In this document: one piece after another, positions 1 through 12,476 of the stretch
How the letters are laid out: the number at the start of each line of letters is the position of its first letter
How positions within the stretch are numbered: position 1 is the first letter of the stretch
Made by a program: the position numbers and the translations under genes
Notes under the pieces: model-generated
The model's input: only the letters and a program-made list of their open reading frames with translations
Database searches by the model: none
Told to the model about the DNA's origin: nothing
NCBI GenBank assembly: GCA_964016885.1
Contig: OZ024742.1
Span: 126,728,001-126,792,000, forward strand
Origin: Eledone cirrhosa
Taxonomy: Eukaryota
Direction: 5' to 3'
Length of the DNA: 64,000 nt

Positions 1-278
1 ATTGTATGTGTGGATGTGGATGTTTTGAGTTATATGTGTGCATGTTTTGTATGTATGTTCTTCTGGTTTTATAATTTCACAAATTCTTACCAATCGAGAG
101 AGAGTCGGTTTCTAACATAGACACAATACTCTCTCATTGGAATTTACACATCAACTAGGTAGATATGTATGCATGCATGTGTAGATATGGATGTTATTGT
201 ATGTGTGGATGTATATGTTTTGAGTTGTATGTGTGCATGTGTATATGCTTTCTATCTGTACATGTGTATATGCAGTTA

Positions 279-718
279 TTAGATGCAAAATCTTTGGTAT
301 GTTTTACATATTTTTACTGTTCCATTTAATGGATTGTACTTGTAATTTTCTAACTAGTTGTGTTCTTTCTGTTCCTGTGAAGCCTAGCTTCTCAAGATTT
401 GTATTGAGGCATACTTCTGAAGTGTAATCAGGGTGGAGTATCTGCAGATTTCTAATCAGTTCTGCATAAATATTCTCCTTTTCGCTAATCTTTGATATTA
501 TATTGGCATCTGCTGGGCAGCCAATTTCCACTACTGTGCATGCCTTCTTCTCCCTGTCCCATATCATAATATCTGGTCTGTTATGCCTGCATTTTATTGG
601 GATTTTTACTGGAACATTCCACCAGTACTCTCTCATATTATGTACATACATGGAAATCTTCTACATTGATGAAGCTTTCAATGTGTTTATTATTGGGGAT
701 ATCTTTTCGACGGATTGC
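279..718 (-). mobile_element. 5'-truncated RLE-type non-LTR retrotransposon (R4/Dong-like), endonuclease C-terminus, decayed
   Basis: Translation EYWWN...HNRPDIMIWDREKKACTVVEIGCPADANIISKISEKENIY fits the PD-(D/E)xK restriction-like endonuclease. A frameshifted tail VKICKTYQRFCI* matches the 7961-8668 copy. The 5' junction abuts (TATG)n. Confidence 0.85.
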
Positions 719-807
719 ATGTATGTATGTATCTATGTATGTATGTACGTATGTAATTGTGTCTGTATGTATGTGTGATTGTTAGTATCTATGTGTGTCT
801 TTGTTGA

Positions 808-1140
808 TGCAGGCATGGTCGAATGTTTATGAAGATTGGTTAATCAAGCCTTAGGTTCAGAGTTCGTTCCTACTGCATGGTATCTTGGGCAAGTGTTAAC
901 CACCCCTAATCTCGAGTCAACCCAAGCCTTTTGAGTGACATTGTGTAAACGAAACTATTTGGAAGCCCGTTAGATGAACTGTACCTGCAATTCAAAGAGT
1001 AAGCCTTGTCACACACTATTCCACGCTAAATCTCAATGAGAACACCACTAAAATTACACATGTTTATGGAATGCCTAGCCACTTACACGTTAATTTCATG
1101 AGCATAATAAGCTGTTTTGTTGATCGCCCAACTGGAAGAA
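808..1140 (+). mobile_element. Diverged tRNA-derived SINE composite (second SINE family)
   Basis: B-box-like GAGTTCGTTCC and cttgggcaagtg core; the 3' part aligns by eye to 7620-7790 and 9905-10060. Confidence 0.55.
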
Positions 1141-1489
1141 ATCCATTCCTTGTATGTGTATGCAAGGAAAAAGGAAAAAAAATAAAAAAATAAAAAGAGA
1201 TTCGAGGTGGGAACAGAAGTTTTAAGGCACCTGGTTACTATGGCAACAGAATAGACATTAATATTTTTCCAATCCAACCACCTTTATATATGCTTAATAT
1301 ATCTATTCGTTTATTTATTTAATCAATTTAGACATCCGTATAGAGCTAGTAAGTCAGGACAGACTAAGGGAAGTATCGAGTACTTCTTACAGTTGAGAAA
1401 TAAAAAAAAGTTATACAAAGTTGTCTTTACGATCCAAAGTGTATCTCGTTGTAGGTGTCTTGGGATGATTTAATGATAGGGACCCCAGT

Positions 1490-1640
1490 CCTATCATCTC
1501 TTTTCTACAGCTGAGTAAACTGGAGCAACGTGAAATAAAGTGTCTTGCTGAAGGAAACAACACATCACCCGGTCCGAGAATTGAACTCACAACCTTTCGA
1601 TTGCAAGCCCAATGCTCTAACCACTAAGACATGCGCCTTC
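1490..1640 (-). mobile_element. SINE family 2 head fragment
   Basis: The reverse complement gives a tRNA-like head and the ccttcagcaagacactttatttcacgttgctccag core seen at 7485-7620. Confidence 0.65.
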
Positions 1641-1671
1641 ACAAAGTTAAGTGAATATAAAAATAAAAAAA

Positions 1672-1866
1672 TAATTGTTTCTACTTTTGGCGACAGGCCA
1701 GCAAATTACCCAGTACATTACTGGTACTTTATTTTATCGACCCCGTAAGGATGAAAGGCAAAGTTTGACCTCGGTGAGATTTGAACTCAGAATGGAAAGG
1801 GCCGTAACTCTATGCGTCATAGCATGACGTCCAACCCTCTACCGATACTGCCAATCCACCGCCCTA
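1672..1866 (-). mobile_element. tRNA-derived SINE family 1, full length
   Basis: A box TGGCAGTATCGG, B box GAGTTCAAATC, central gcctttcatccttacggggtcgataaaataaagtaccag, tail aaaagtagaaacaatt. Confidence 0.85.
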
Positions 1867-2799
1867 ATAATGATAAATAAATTAATTACATAGGGAAGTC
1901 TAATGGGAGACAAAATTAGCATAAAAAAGCAGGGAAAAATGGGAAGCAAGGGAATCTGTAAAGTAGCTAGAAGGTTCTGTAGTTGAACCTTTTCATAAGC
2001 TCATCTTTATAGACGGTAGGTCTCTTTTAATATATTTTATCTCCAATCTTGCTACTTTTTAAATATATCTTCTTGTTTAGTTTTGCTTCGTCTGTGTATT
2101 CACGTGTGAGTGTCTGTGTGGGTGTGTACATAGGTGCATGAATTTATATGTATATGTGTATGTGTTTTTCTCTGTATTCTTAGTACGTATTTACGTTTGT
2201 GTGTGTATATATGAGCCTTTGTGTATGTATACTATTTGGTGTGTGAGTGTATGCATTTGTTTGTGTGTGTGTGTGTTTATGTGTATATTTTGTGTCTGTA
2301 TATGTGTTTTTGTGTGTGAGTATATTTACTATTGTGTTGGCATTCCTTTCATGGGAAGTGATGTTGTTAATGTTGTTACTGTCGCAATCATTGTCACTGT
2401 TATTATTACCACTATTATTATTACTGCCACTGTAGTTGATGTTGTTTTTATTGTTGTTTTCCTTATATTTATCTTTTGTCGGTTGTTTATAATATTATCT
2501 TGTTATTTCTTCGTTCTTAGGGTAAGATTCTGGGTGATGTTGGTGACGATGTGAAGGTGCTGAGGGTACGGTGGGGGTACGGTGGGTCGGCAAAGGAAAC
2601 CGATGTATATTTTATTCTAGTTTCTCTCTTTCTAAGTCTGTCGCTCTGTCTGTCTGTCAGTCTCTCTGTCATAGACAGCCTAAAAATAGAACCGTAATTT
2701 GAGAACATAAAGGGAGCAACGAGTCTCTCGGATATTTTTTTTTATTCCTTGCCATATGTTCGACAGATTGAGAGGAGAGAGAGAGAGAGAGATGGGGGG

Positions 2800-2840
<41 letters not shown>

Positions 2841-2953
2841 GAGAGGAGGGGCGCCAAGAAGGAGCAAAGGGAGGGAAATGAAGGAGAAAGTTATCACATG
2901 AGTTTCCCACCCTCATGACATTATATAGATATGTATGTATGGTTATATATAAT

Positions 2954-3016
<63 letters not shown>

Positions 3017-3132
3017 CGTATGTTTGTATATATACATAAGTGTGTGTGTGCTTATACATATATATACGCACACAATCACATATCATCATCACATCTCGAA
3101 CACCTAACCCTTCACTTTCAGAGATTATTGTG

Positions 3133-3190
<58 letters not shown>

Positions 3191-3989
3191 TATATATCCC
3201 CCTCCTCCATATCTACCTCCCTATCTATCTATATATATATAACAATTCCTGCATTTATGCATACATACATTCATACATGCATGCATTGCACATATATATA
3301 TATATAAACTATTTTCTGTGACCTTCCATTTTTCTCATGGCCAACGCCCCCAACCTATTCCTTCTCATGCCCCTCTCCCATCATCACATCATTATTATCC
3401 TCGTTATTCTCAAACAAAAATTCTTGCTAAGACTTCCCAAATCTTTCTCCATCATAACAGGTTTTTCCAAACCACTCAAAAAAGAAAAAAAGAAGGAAAC
3501 TCCTACCACCACACACATTTACACACACTACAGTGTTGAACACTAAAACACAAAGAGAAACAACACGAAACTCCTAGACTACAGTGTGTGTATATATGTG
3601 TGAGCTTTCCTGTTCCACACGCTGTTGGACTCTATCCTAGCCTCATAGTGTTAATCGGTAGCTAAAAATAATATATTTCACATCGCCTGAAGCTAAAATA
3701 GCAAAATTTAGAAGATGTGGACTGGATAAAGACAATGAGCAACTTAGCTAACATTTGACTTCTGACTGCCGGAATTAGAACTTAACTAGAAATATTAGAG
3801 TGCCGGACTAAACGCCTTGTTAAACATAGTTGCCGGATCAATTCCTTAAAAATGTCGCACACCCTTCAAGAAAGTTGCGTAAATTGTTAGGAAATAGTCA
3901 AAAGGGAAATGTAGCTAGATAATTTTATATATATGTATATATATATCAATGATATTAATAAATGGAAACTATATTTATAAAACCATATT

Positions 3990-4052
3990 TATTCTATTAT
4001 ATATATATTTCAAAGGTGCCAAAACTTTGGTACGTTCTCATCAGATAAAATA
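3990..4052 (-). ncRNA. Type I hammerhead ribozyme motif, family A (insert about 3947-4150 between TA tracts)
   Basis: Minus strand reads tattttat CTGATGA gaacgtacc-aaagtttt-ggcaccttt GAAA tatatata TA atagaata. Stem I pairs, the core is intact and stem II is imperfect. Confidence 0.75.
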
Positions 4053-4150
4053 CAAAGTTTGTTTTATAAATATTGACATATCCAGGAAGAAGATCTTAAC
4101 GGTTCAAGTTTTTCCTGGATAGTCATTAGTTAAATTAAATATCCCTTTTG

Positions 4151-4187
<37 letters not shown>

Positions 4188-4189
<2 letters not shown>

Positions 4190-4410
4190 ATAATAATAAA
4201 TGTCAAGACTAAAACCCAAAGAGGGCTCGATAAGGATAAATATATATCAATTATATAAGAACCCTAGAGCAAATATTTATTAAAATAACAAATTAAAGTT
4301 TAAGCAAAGAATCACTGCTTTCACCCTTAACGGGATCTTCTGAAACTCGGAAGATCCCGTTAAGGGTAAAAGCAGCGATTCTTTGCTTAAACTTTAATCT
4401 GTTATTTAAT
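4188..4410. mobile_element. Family B TA-embedded inverted-repeat insert with variant hammerhead (4297-4347, minus)
   Basis: Arms 4283-4340 and 4350-4407. Minus strand reads agttt CAGAAGA t-ccc-gttaa-ggg-t GAAA gca-gtgattctt-tgc TT aaact. Other copies at 11213 and 26860. Confidence 0.7.
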
Positions 4411-4533
4411 ATATATATATATATATATATATGAAAAATATGGGTGAGAAGAATACTGCTGGTTGCACATGGATAACATGTTATAAAATGAGTCCCTCAT
4501 CAGTGATTTACCAAACGATCATGGGTATTTCAT

Positions 4534-4572
<39 letters not shown>

Positions 4573-4772
4573 ACAGGGAGAGAGAGACGATTATTAGGAA
4601 GAGAAATATATTTTTTCCCTTTTTTGTTTCTCTCTCTCTTTTTTCTGGGTTAGAAAATCATTAAAACGAAATGTTTTACTTTGTGTGAAGTGTTAAGGTA
4701 TTAGTTGATTTATTTATTATTTAACAATGGCATTTATTTATCTATTTATATATTTAATTATTATTTATATAT

Positions 4773-4865
<93 letters not shown>

Positions 4866-4939
4866 CATATGTATGTATGTATGTATACTAGGACGGTTCT
4901 AATTTACTAAGATGATAATCTAATGTTATATTCCATAGG

Positions 4940-5100
4940 CCCTTTAAGTTTTGATTTCAATCAAATTTTCCGAGGTTAGCTTTGCTTTTCTTCTTTATGG
5001 GGTCGATAAAATAAAGCACCAGCAATGCACTGTGGTCGATTTAATCGACTTTCCCCATTCCCTTTAAATTGCAGGCCTTCTGCCAAATGTAGAAAACAAT
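4940..5100 (+). mobile_element. SINE family 1, partial
   Basis: ggggtcgataaaataaagcaccagc core and gtagaaaacaat tail. Confidence 0.7.
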
Positions 5101-5602
5101 ATGAAATTCAAAATGAAATCTTAAAGTAGCAGCCCCCACCCAACAAAAAAAAAAAACAAGAAAACAGTCACTTGCATTCTTAAAAGTAACCTGTTTTATC
5201 GTGGAATTTAGTAACCCTAAAATTCTGATTTCGAATACCGTCGAGGCCAACTTTCCCATTCATCCTTCTGGACTTGATATAATATAGTGACTGACCCAGG
5301 ATTCGCTGCACGTCAGGTAGAAGAGGACACACTGTTGAAATGTCGAGCGCTCTCTGGTTGAGCCTATTGCAGAAAGTAACTGCCATGTTTTTATTTTCAT
5401 TTATCATTATTTTAAAAGATAAAATATATAGTCTTATCTATGTGGTGTGGATGTTCATTGAGTTTATGTAAGATTTTACATAAATCATCTTTTAGTAGTA
5501 GTTGTTGTTGTTGTAGTAGGAGTAGCAGTTGTTGTAGTAGCAGTAGCAGTAGTTTTGTGTAAAAAGCTCGGTAAACTGACGTAACAGAGGCGGCACACTG
5601 AC

Positions 5603-5716
5603 CTTAATTTCATTCATGTCTTCGGGTTTGTCATCTCGACATGCTAACAATATAAATCCCAACCCCCTTCCTCAATGTTCATCCATTTTGGATCGATAGC
5701 GAGATAGAAGCGCCAT
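5603..5716 (-). other. Possible 5'-UTR exon of a minus-strand host gene
   Basis: Acceptor-like tctgtctttccaag|ATGGCG and donor-like AAG|gtcagt. An upstream donor-like ctc|gtaagt lies near 6088. All three frames contain stops. Confidence 0.25.
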
Positions 5717-6611
5717 CTTGGAAAGACAGAATATTAGATGGCGGCGAGGGAATGGAACAGAGGAGAGAGAAAGGGTGAGTGGGAAGAGAGAGGGAGAGAG
5801 AGAGAGAGAGAGAGGGTAGGATAGAGAGAGAGAGAGAGTAGACCAAAGATTCGGAAGGGAGAGAGAAGGCCAACAATCGGAAGAGAGGAGAGTAAGGAGA
5901 GAGAAATGGTGAGAGAGAAGAGAGACAAATGGTGAGAGAGAAGAGAGAGGAATGGTGAGAGAGGGAGAGAGAAAGAAGACCAAAGAATAGAGAGAGAAAG
6001 AGAAATGGAGAGAAGAAGTGGTGATCCCTATTTTTTCCAATGGAATGGAATGGAATTCCAAAGGGTTCCGTGTGCAAACTGCTAACTTACGAGTCGTCAC
6101 ACAAGAATGCGGAAATCGGTTAGGGTAGGCGGTGCAGGAGGAGGTTGTGTGTTAGGAGAGGTGGCGTGTGGAGATGGAGGCTTCCTGTGAATGATAGAGA
6201 GAAAATGGGAAAGAAAATTCGGAAAAGTGAGAGAGAGAGAGGGGGATAATGAGGATAGAGCGAGGAAGTGCGAGAGAAAGAGGGTAGGGAAGGGGAATAG
6301 AGCGAGGGAGAGCTGAGAGAGAGAGGAGGAAGGAGAGAGAGATCGCAATGACAAAAGGAAATAGAGAGAGACATTTTTTTTATTTAATTGATATATATAT
6401 TTTGTTTTATTGCCCGAATTTCTTTCGGTATTTTTGTTTTTAGATTCTTTTCATTGTGAGATGTGAGTGAAATACTCCAGAAATATTATAAATTTCAGAG
6501 GCAATTCAAATAGATAAACAATGAGACACAAGAATTTCATGATGGTCTCTAGACAAGAACCTCAGTGACGAATCATACAACACTTAACTGCATACATTAT
6601 AAGATATTAAG

Positions 6612-6770
6612 GATGGTGGATTGGCAGTATCGGTAGAGCGTCTGACAACATGCTTTGAGGCATAGAGTTAAATACCTTTACGTTCTGAGTTCAAATCCTA
6701 CTGAGGTTCGATAAAATAAAGTACCAGTAACGCACTGAGTTTCCCCTTGTGCCTAAACCAGAAAGCATTA
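6612..6770 (+). mobile_element. SINE family 1, internally deleted
   Basis: A box, B box and cgataaaataaagtaccagtaacgcactg are present. Confidence 0.75.
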
Positions 6771-7107
6771 GAACATATAACTCTATATTATGTGAAATAT
6801 GTGCGCCCAAACGCAAATCAATATGATAATAGTTGATCACTATAAATGATAATAGAGAAAATTGGGTAAAGTATCCTACCCAAAGAGATGGGAGAAAAAT
6901 GGACGATTACTATTGTCATTTGCATTGGGACGCACACGGTTTGAATTTTAAATTTTCCCAAATGCTTCCTAAGTCAACAGCTTTGTTTATATTATATTAC
7001 ATCATATCATATTATGTAATATATTATAATATATTATTAAATCATGTGATACATTGTAATATAATATATTAAATTGTATGATACAACATTATATGATATT
7101 GTATTAT

Positions 7108-7465
7108 ATGCTTTGCAGCATATAGTTAAGTCCCTTTACGTTCTGAGTACAAATCCCACCGAAGTTAGCTTTACCTTTCATCCTTACGGGTTCGATGAAA
7201 TAAAGTACCAGTAACGCACTGGGGTCGATTTAATCGACTTTTCCTTTCCCCCAAATTGATAGCCTTGAGCCTAAATCAGAGTGGATTGGCAGTATCGGTA
7301 GAGGGTCGGACGCCATGCTTTGCAGCATAGTTACGTCCCTTTACGGACTGAGTTCAAATCCCGCCGAGGTTAACTTTGCCTTTCATCCTTACGGGGTCGA
7401 TAAAATAAAGTACCAGTAATACACTGGGATAATTGCTGGCCTTGTGCCAAAAGTAGAAACAATTA
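7108..7465 (+). mobile_element. Two tandem SINE family 1 copies (about 7108-7280 and 7281-7465)
   Basis: Two consecutive bodies carry the family core; the second has a full A/B box head. Confidence 0.85.
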
Positions 7466-7483
7466 TTTTATATCATATTGAAA

Positions 7484-7795
7484 GCATGTGAGGTAGTGGT
7501 TAGGGGGTTCGGCTCATGATCCTAAGCTGGTGAGTTCGATTCCCGGCGGTATTTGGTGTCCTTGAGCAAGACACTTTATTTCACATTGCTTCAATCCATT
7601 CACCTAGCAAAAATGAGTTGTATCTGTAATTCGAAGGCCCCGTCTTGTCACACATTGTGTCAAGCTGAATCCACCTAAGAACTACATTAAGGAAGTATTT
7701 GTTTGTGGAATACTCGGCCATTTGTACATTAATTTCATGAGCAGTCCCTTCCATTGATCAAACAACTGAAACACCGATGGAGTGCCAGCACCATT
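7484..7795 (+). mobile_element. tRNA-derived SINE family 2, near full length
   Basis: gtagtggttagg...GAGTTCGATTCCCGG head and gtgtccttgagcaagacactttatttcac core; related copies at 52965-53260 and 27235-27580. Confidence 0.75.
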
Positions 7796-7880
7796 GTAAT
7801 ACATCATATTATATTGTATTATAAATTATATCACGTATGTATGTATGTATGTATGTATGTATGTATGTATGTATGTATGT

Positions 7881-8668
7881 TATCTCTTTCTCTTAATTTC
7901 GAGTATATTTTTTTGACCGGCCACCTTCCTGGTGGCAAGGTTGTAAAAGAAAAGAAATTGTCATCCCTTGAATCGCAAGAATGTTTTGCAAATGTTGAAG
8001 GTGCCAGCTATCGCAGCCATTTGTAGACTATGAATTAGGGTGCTGCGCTTTTTGTCCGCAAATCCAAGTTCAGTCATACTTTGGTCTAAGCGGGTTGGTA
8101 TATAACCCGTAGCTCCAATAATGATGGGTATGAAGCTAAAGGTGTATCTTGGATACTGGATTTGTAAACTCCTCATCAATGGTCCGTAGATGTCCTCCTT
8201 CTCCTGTATTTTTCTGACAACGTTTACATCAAGTGTGCAGTTGATCTCCACAACAGAACACGTTTTCAATATGTGGTCCCAAACAACAATATCAGGCCGG
8301 TTGTGCTTTAATTTGGTGGCAGTTTTTATTTTCAGGTTCCACCAGTATTCCTTAGTGCCATCTGTCTCAATATATTCTTCCTCGTTTGTTGTTAATTTTG
8401 TTTTCCGAAGTGCGTTCCAGATGGTTCTAGCTATCCCATCGTGTCTCATAGGGAGGTAGTAGCGAGATGACATTCTTTCGCAGCTGGCAACAATGTGGCT
8501 TACATCCTCGATCTTTGTTTTACATAGCCTACATTTATTGTCAGCTGCTGGCCCTCCTCTTTTGTGCAGCAGATATTTGGTAGGGAGTTCTTGTTCCTGT
8601 ATTGCATAGAGATATCCCTCAAGGTGTGATGTCATAAACTTGTCGGAACCCCATGCCAGGCTTGTTGA
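7881..8668 (-). mobile_element. 5'-truncated RLE-type non-LTR retrotransposon (R4/Dong-like) with open C-terminal frame
   Basis: Open frame 8668-7961 contains AIQEQ, a CCHC knuckle CRLC...H....C, RHD, and the RLE motif HNRPDIVVWD...VVEI...KIQEKEDIY. A short 3' UTR follows. Both ends are in (TATG)n. Confidence 0.9.
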
Positions 8669-9152
8669 GTATGTATGTATGTATGTATCTATGTATGTAT
8701 GTATGTATGTATGTATGTATGTATGTATGTATGTATGTATGTTTGTATGTATGTATGTATGTTTGTATGTTTGTATGTTTGTATGTATGTATGTATGTAT
8801 GTATGTATGTATGTATGTATGTGTGTATGCTTGTATGTATGTATGTATGTATGTATGTATGTTTGTATGTATGTATGTATGTATGTATGTATGTATGTAT
8901 GTATGTATGTATGTATGTATGTATGTATGTTTGTATGTATGTATGTATGTATGTTTGTATGTATGTATGTATGTATGTATGTTTGTATGTATGTATGTAT
9001 GTATGTATGTTTGTATGTATGTATGTATGTATGTATGTATGTATGTTTGTATGTATGTATGTATGTTTGTATGTATGTATGTATGTATGTATGTATGTAT
9101 GTTTGTATGTATGTATGTATGTATGTTTGTATGTATGTATGTATGTATGTAC
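8669..9152. repeat. (TATG)n microsatellite
   Basis: Direct reading. Confidence 0.95.
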
Positions 9153-9521
9153 AGATTGACTGACACTTAGACAGACGACAAATAAAGTTAAGAAGTAAAA
9201 AAGAAACAGAGAGAGCGGGAGCAAGAGAGCAACAAGAGCAAAAATTCCATACTTCTGTTTATCATATTTCTATTGTTATCAGCTATTTTGATTATCCCAC
9301 CACCACCACCACCACTGCCATCGCCACCACCACCACAACAACAACTTATCGTTATAAGCATTACCCCCCGCCCCTGTTTTGTTGACATCATTGTCGTCAT
9401 TGTCATCGCTATCACGATCATCGTTTTCATCACCATCGTCGTCATCATTGTTGTCATCACTGTCGTTGCCATCATGATCATCATCGACGTCGAGTTGTGG
9501 CCTTGTGCTACTACTAGACAC

Positions 9522-9712
9522 AGGGCGGTGGATTGGCAGAATCAGTAGAGCGTCAGACAACATACTTTGCAGCATATAGTTACGGTCCTTTATGTTCTGA
9601 GTTCAAATCCCGCCGAGTTTAGCTTTGACTTTTATCGTTACGGGGTCAATTTAGTCGACTTTCCCCTCCCCCTTCAAATTGCTGGCCTTGTACCAAATGT
9701 AGAAACAATTAT
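9522..9712 (+). mobile_element. SINE family 1
   Basis: A box TGGCAGAATCAG, B box GAGTTCAAATCCC, family tail. Confidence 0.8.
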
Positions 9713-10609
9713 TATCTGTCAACCAAAGGTGCAGGACGCAGTAAGGCCACATTGTTAAGTGGTTCCTTTCACAGTCATTAGGACCCATGCTGGATCCCAC
9801 GGCACGGCATATTAGGCAAATGTCATTTACCATAGCCTCGGGTCGACCCAGGTTTCGTAAAGAACATTGGGTAAAGGAAATCTCTATCTGAAATTGAAAA
9901 GACCATCATTGTCACACATTGTGTCAATATGAATCTCCCTGAGAATTTCGTTAAGTGTACATGTGTTTGTGGAATGTTCAGCCACTTACACGTTTCTTTC
10001 ATGAGTAGGGAGCTATGTTGATAGAACAGCTAGCACACTCATCATCGAAACCGACAGAAGTCCATTGTAGAACGTTAGCCAAAATGCCTTGTGGTATTTC
10101 AAATCTTGTCCAGGTCAACTTTCATCCTCCCAGTGGTTGAGAAAGCTAAAGGACCATTAAAATACTAAGGTTAGCATTCTCGACGTAACCCGCTCCCCCA
10201 ATTTGCTGGCCTTGTAGCTAAATTAGAAAATCATTACTATCTGTAAACTGCATTCTTCGTTCCTGCTTCTTTGTACATTTCAAATTACAAATCTCGAATT
10301 TTCCTAATATTTCTGAAGTTAACCGGATGTTCAAATAATCACTATTTCAAATATAGGTGCAAAGCCATCAATTTTGGGGGAATTCGATTAAATCGTCTCC
10401 AGCATGGCTGGAACCGGTAAACGAGTAACAGAGTAAAATAGTACATTACTGGTACTTTATTTCATCGACTACGTAACCCCCTACCTCCTCACCCAACGAT
10501 TGTCACAGTGGTGAATAATGGAATGGTATTACAAGAAAATGTGACAAAAACTGTAACCGGGAGGTTTAAATTTAAATTGAATGGAATGAAAATAACGGCA
10601 ATATATATA

Positions 10610-10735
10610 GGTACGATCGATAGTGACCGGGCTTGACTCTGGAATCAATAATTCTTCAGACTTGTGGTAGACGGATCCACATATTAGCCTTGAGTGCTCA
10701 AACTGGTGAACCATCAGTAACTAAATACTACACAC
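10610..10735 (-). mobile_element. Family D insert fragment with hammerhead 5' half
   Basis: Aligns by eye to 22410-22530; minus strand ccacaagt CTGAAGA, with the GAAA half missing. Confidence 0.55.
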
Positions 10736-10782
10736 TAACACACGCAAACCAACACACGCACGCACACACACATACATATATA

Positions 10783-10813
10783 TATACATATTGTGTTATT
10801 TCTGTTTACCTTT

Positions 10814-10851
<38 letters not shown>

Positions 10852-10877
10852 CATATTGTGTTGTTATTTCTGTTTAC

Positions 10878-10945
<68 letters not shown>

Positions 10946-10990
10946 CATATTGTGTTGTTATTTCTGTTTACCTTTCACACACACACACAA
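10783..10990. repeat. Three direct copies of atacatattgtg(ttg)ttatttctgtttacctttcaca separated by (CA)n(TA)n
   Basis: Copies begin near 10785, 10849 and 10943. Confidence 0.85.
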
Positions 10991-11020
10991 GTGACAAAAG
11001 CGGTGTGTGGTTACTAATAA

Positions 11021-11200
11021 ATATTGTTTAGAAAACGTAAGAGAAAGGCAAACATAAGGACAATTCTCGCTCTTCGGTTGTCTGCTGTGGGTCGTTGATG
11101 TTTCGACGCATTGTCTTTAATGCATCGAAAAAGCAGCGACCCACAGGAGACAGCTGAAGAGCGGAAATTGCCGTTACGGTTGTGTTTCTCTAAACAATAT
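11021..11200. repeat. Diverged long inverted repeat (family C)
   Basis: atattgtttag...tttcgacgcatt / aatgcatcgaaa...ctaaacaatat, axis near 11115. Confidence 0.8.
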
Positions 11201-11212
11201 ATATATATCTTC

Positions 11213-11378
11213 TAACGGGATCTTCTGAAACAGAAGATCCCGTTAAGGGTAAAAGCAGCGATTCTTTGCTTAAACTTTAATCTGTTATTTTAATAAATAT
11301 TTGCTCAAGGGTTCTTATATATTTGATATATATTTATCCTCCTCTTTGGATTTTAGTCATTGCATTTATTACTATTAC
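11213..11378 (+). mobile_element. Family B insert with short terminal foldback
   Basis: taacgggatcttctg-aaa-cagaagatcccgtta is followed by the family B body; GAAA is mutated to AAAA. Confidence 0.75.
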
Positions 11379-11399
11379 TATATATATAATAATGATAAT

Positions 11400-11581
11400 T
11401 GTTTCTACTTTTGGCACAAGGCCAGCAATTACCCTGTGTATTACTGGTACTTTATTTTATTGACCCCGTAAGGATGAAAGGCAAAGTTAACCTCAGCGGG
11501 ATTTGAACTCAGATCGTAAAGGGACGTAACTACGCTGGAAAGCATGTCTGACCCTCTACCAGTACTGCCAATTCACCGCCC
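11400..11581 (-). mobile_element. SINE family 1 with 22-bp target-site duplication
   Basis: Full body; ctatatatataataatgataat is repeated at 11378-11399 and 11581-11602. Confidence 0.85.
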
Positions 11582-11739
11582 TATATATATAATAATGATA
11601 ATATTAAATTGACGGAACTAGCATGGGTATCACTGCTAGGGCCGGTTGCATCTCAGCGTACTCAATAGGTAATGTTAAGTAAACTTCCAGAGTACACACA
11701 GTTATTCGCTTCAATACAACACACGTATATACCTTCAGT

Positions 11740-11803
<64 letters not shown>

Positions 11804-11828
11804 AAGTCTTATTGAATAAGACTTGGTA

Positions 11829-11877
11829 GCGTGTACCATACTTAAGGGTTTCACATACATACACTCATCAGGCATCA
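11829..11877 (-). ncRNA. Degenerate hammerhead-like motif next to a 29-bp palindrome (11800-11828)
   Basis: CTGATGA gtgtatgtatgt GAAA cc-cttaagtat-gg TA; stems I and II are weak. Confidence 0.4.
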
Positions 11878-11986
11878 CAATCATCACAATGTTCCTTCTT
11901 TCATTTCCACTTTTCAAACTACATCTTCCACCCACCTGACTTCCACACATTATACCCCCCCCCCCACTTTCGCACACACACGTGCG

Positions 11987-12041
<55 letters not shown>

Positions 12042-12082
12042 GATAGATACAGATACATCAAAATAGACACAGACACAAATAA

Positions 12083-12179
12083 TTGTTTCTACTTTTGGCA
12101 CAAGGTCAGCAGTTGCCCAGTACATTACTGGTACTTTATTTTATCGACCCGGTAAGGATGAAAGGCAAAGTTAACCTCG
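12083..12179 (-). mobile_element. 5'-truncated SINE family 1 with TSD agacacaaataat
   Basis: Family 3' half, with the direct repeat at 12071 and 12180. Confidence 0.75.
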
Positions 12180-12421
12180 AGACACAAATAATATCATATA
12201 TATATCGACACACACGCATTACATACACGACCACACACACACACAAATATACACACCTTCATACGAATATTCACACCACATACGCTTCGACAGTTTGGCA
12301 GCCACTTACGAATATTACGCAAACACACACTTCTAGTAATACACACACACACCTACACACATCACAGATATTAAGTCTTAGACAACAGTTCCAACCCCCT
12401 CCTCTCCCGTATTCTCCTGAT

Positions 12422-12476
<55 letters not shown>

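Noticed and set aside
7281-7365. tRNA gene
   Set aside because: The A/B boxes belong to SINE heads, there is no cloverleaf, and the SINE body follows.
8669-9166. N-terminal half of the 401-aa ORF 7961..9166
   Set aside because: It is (TACA)n read-through; only 7961-8668 is retroelement-derived.
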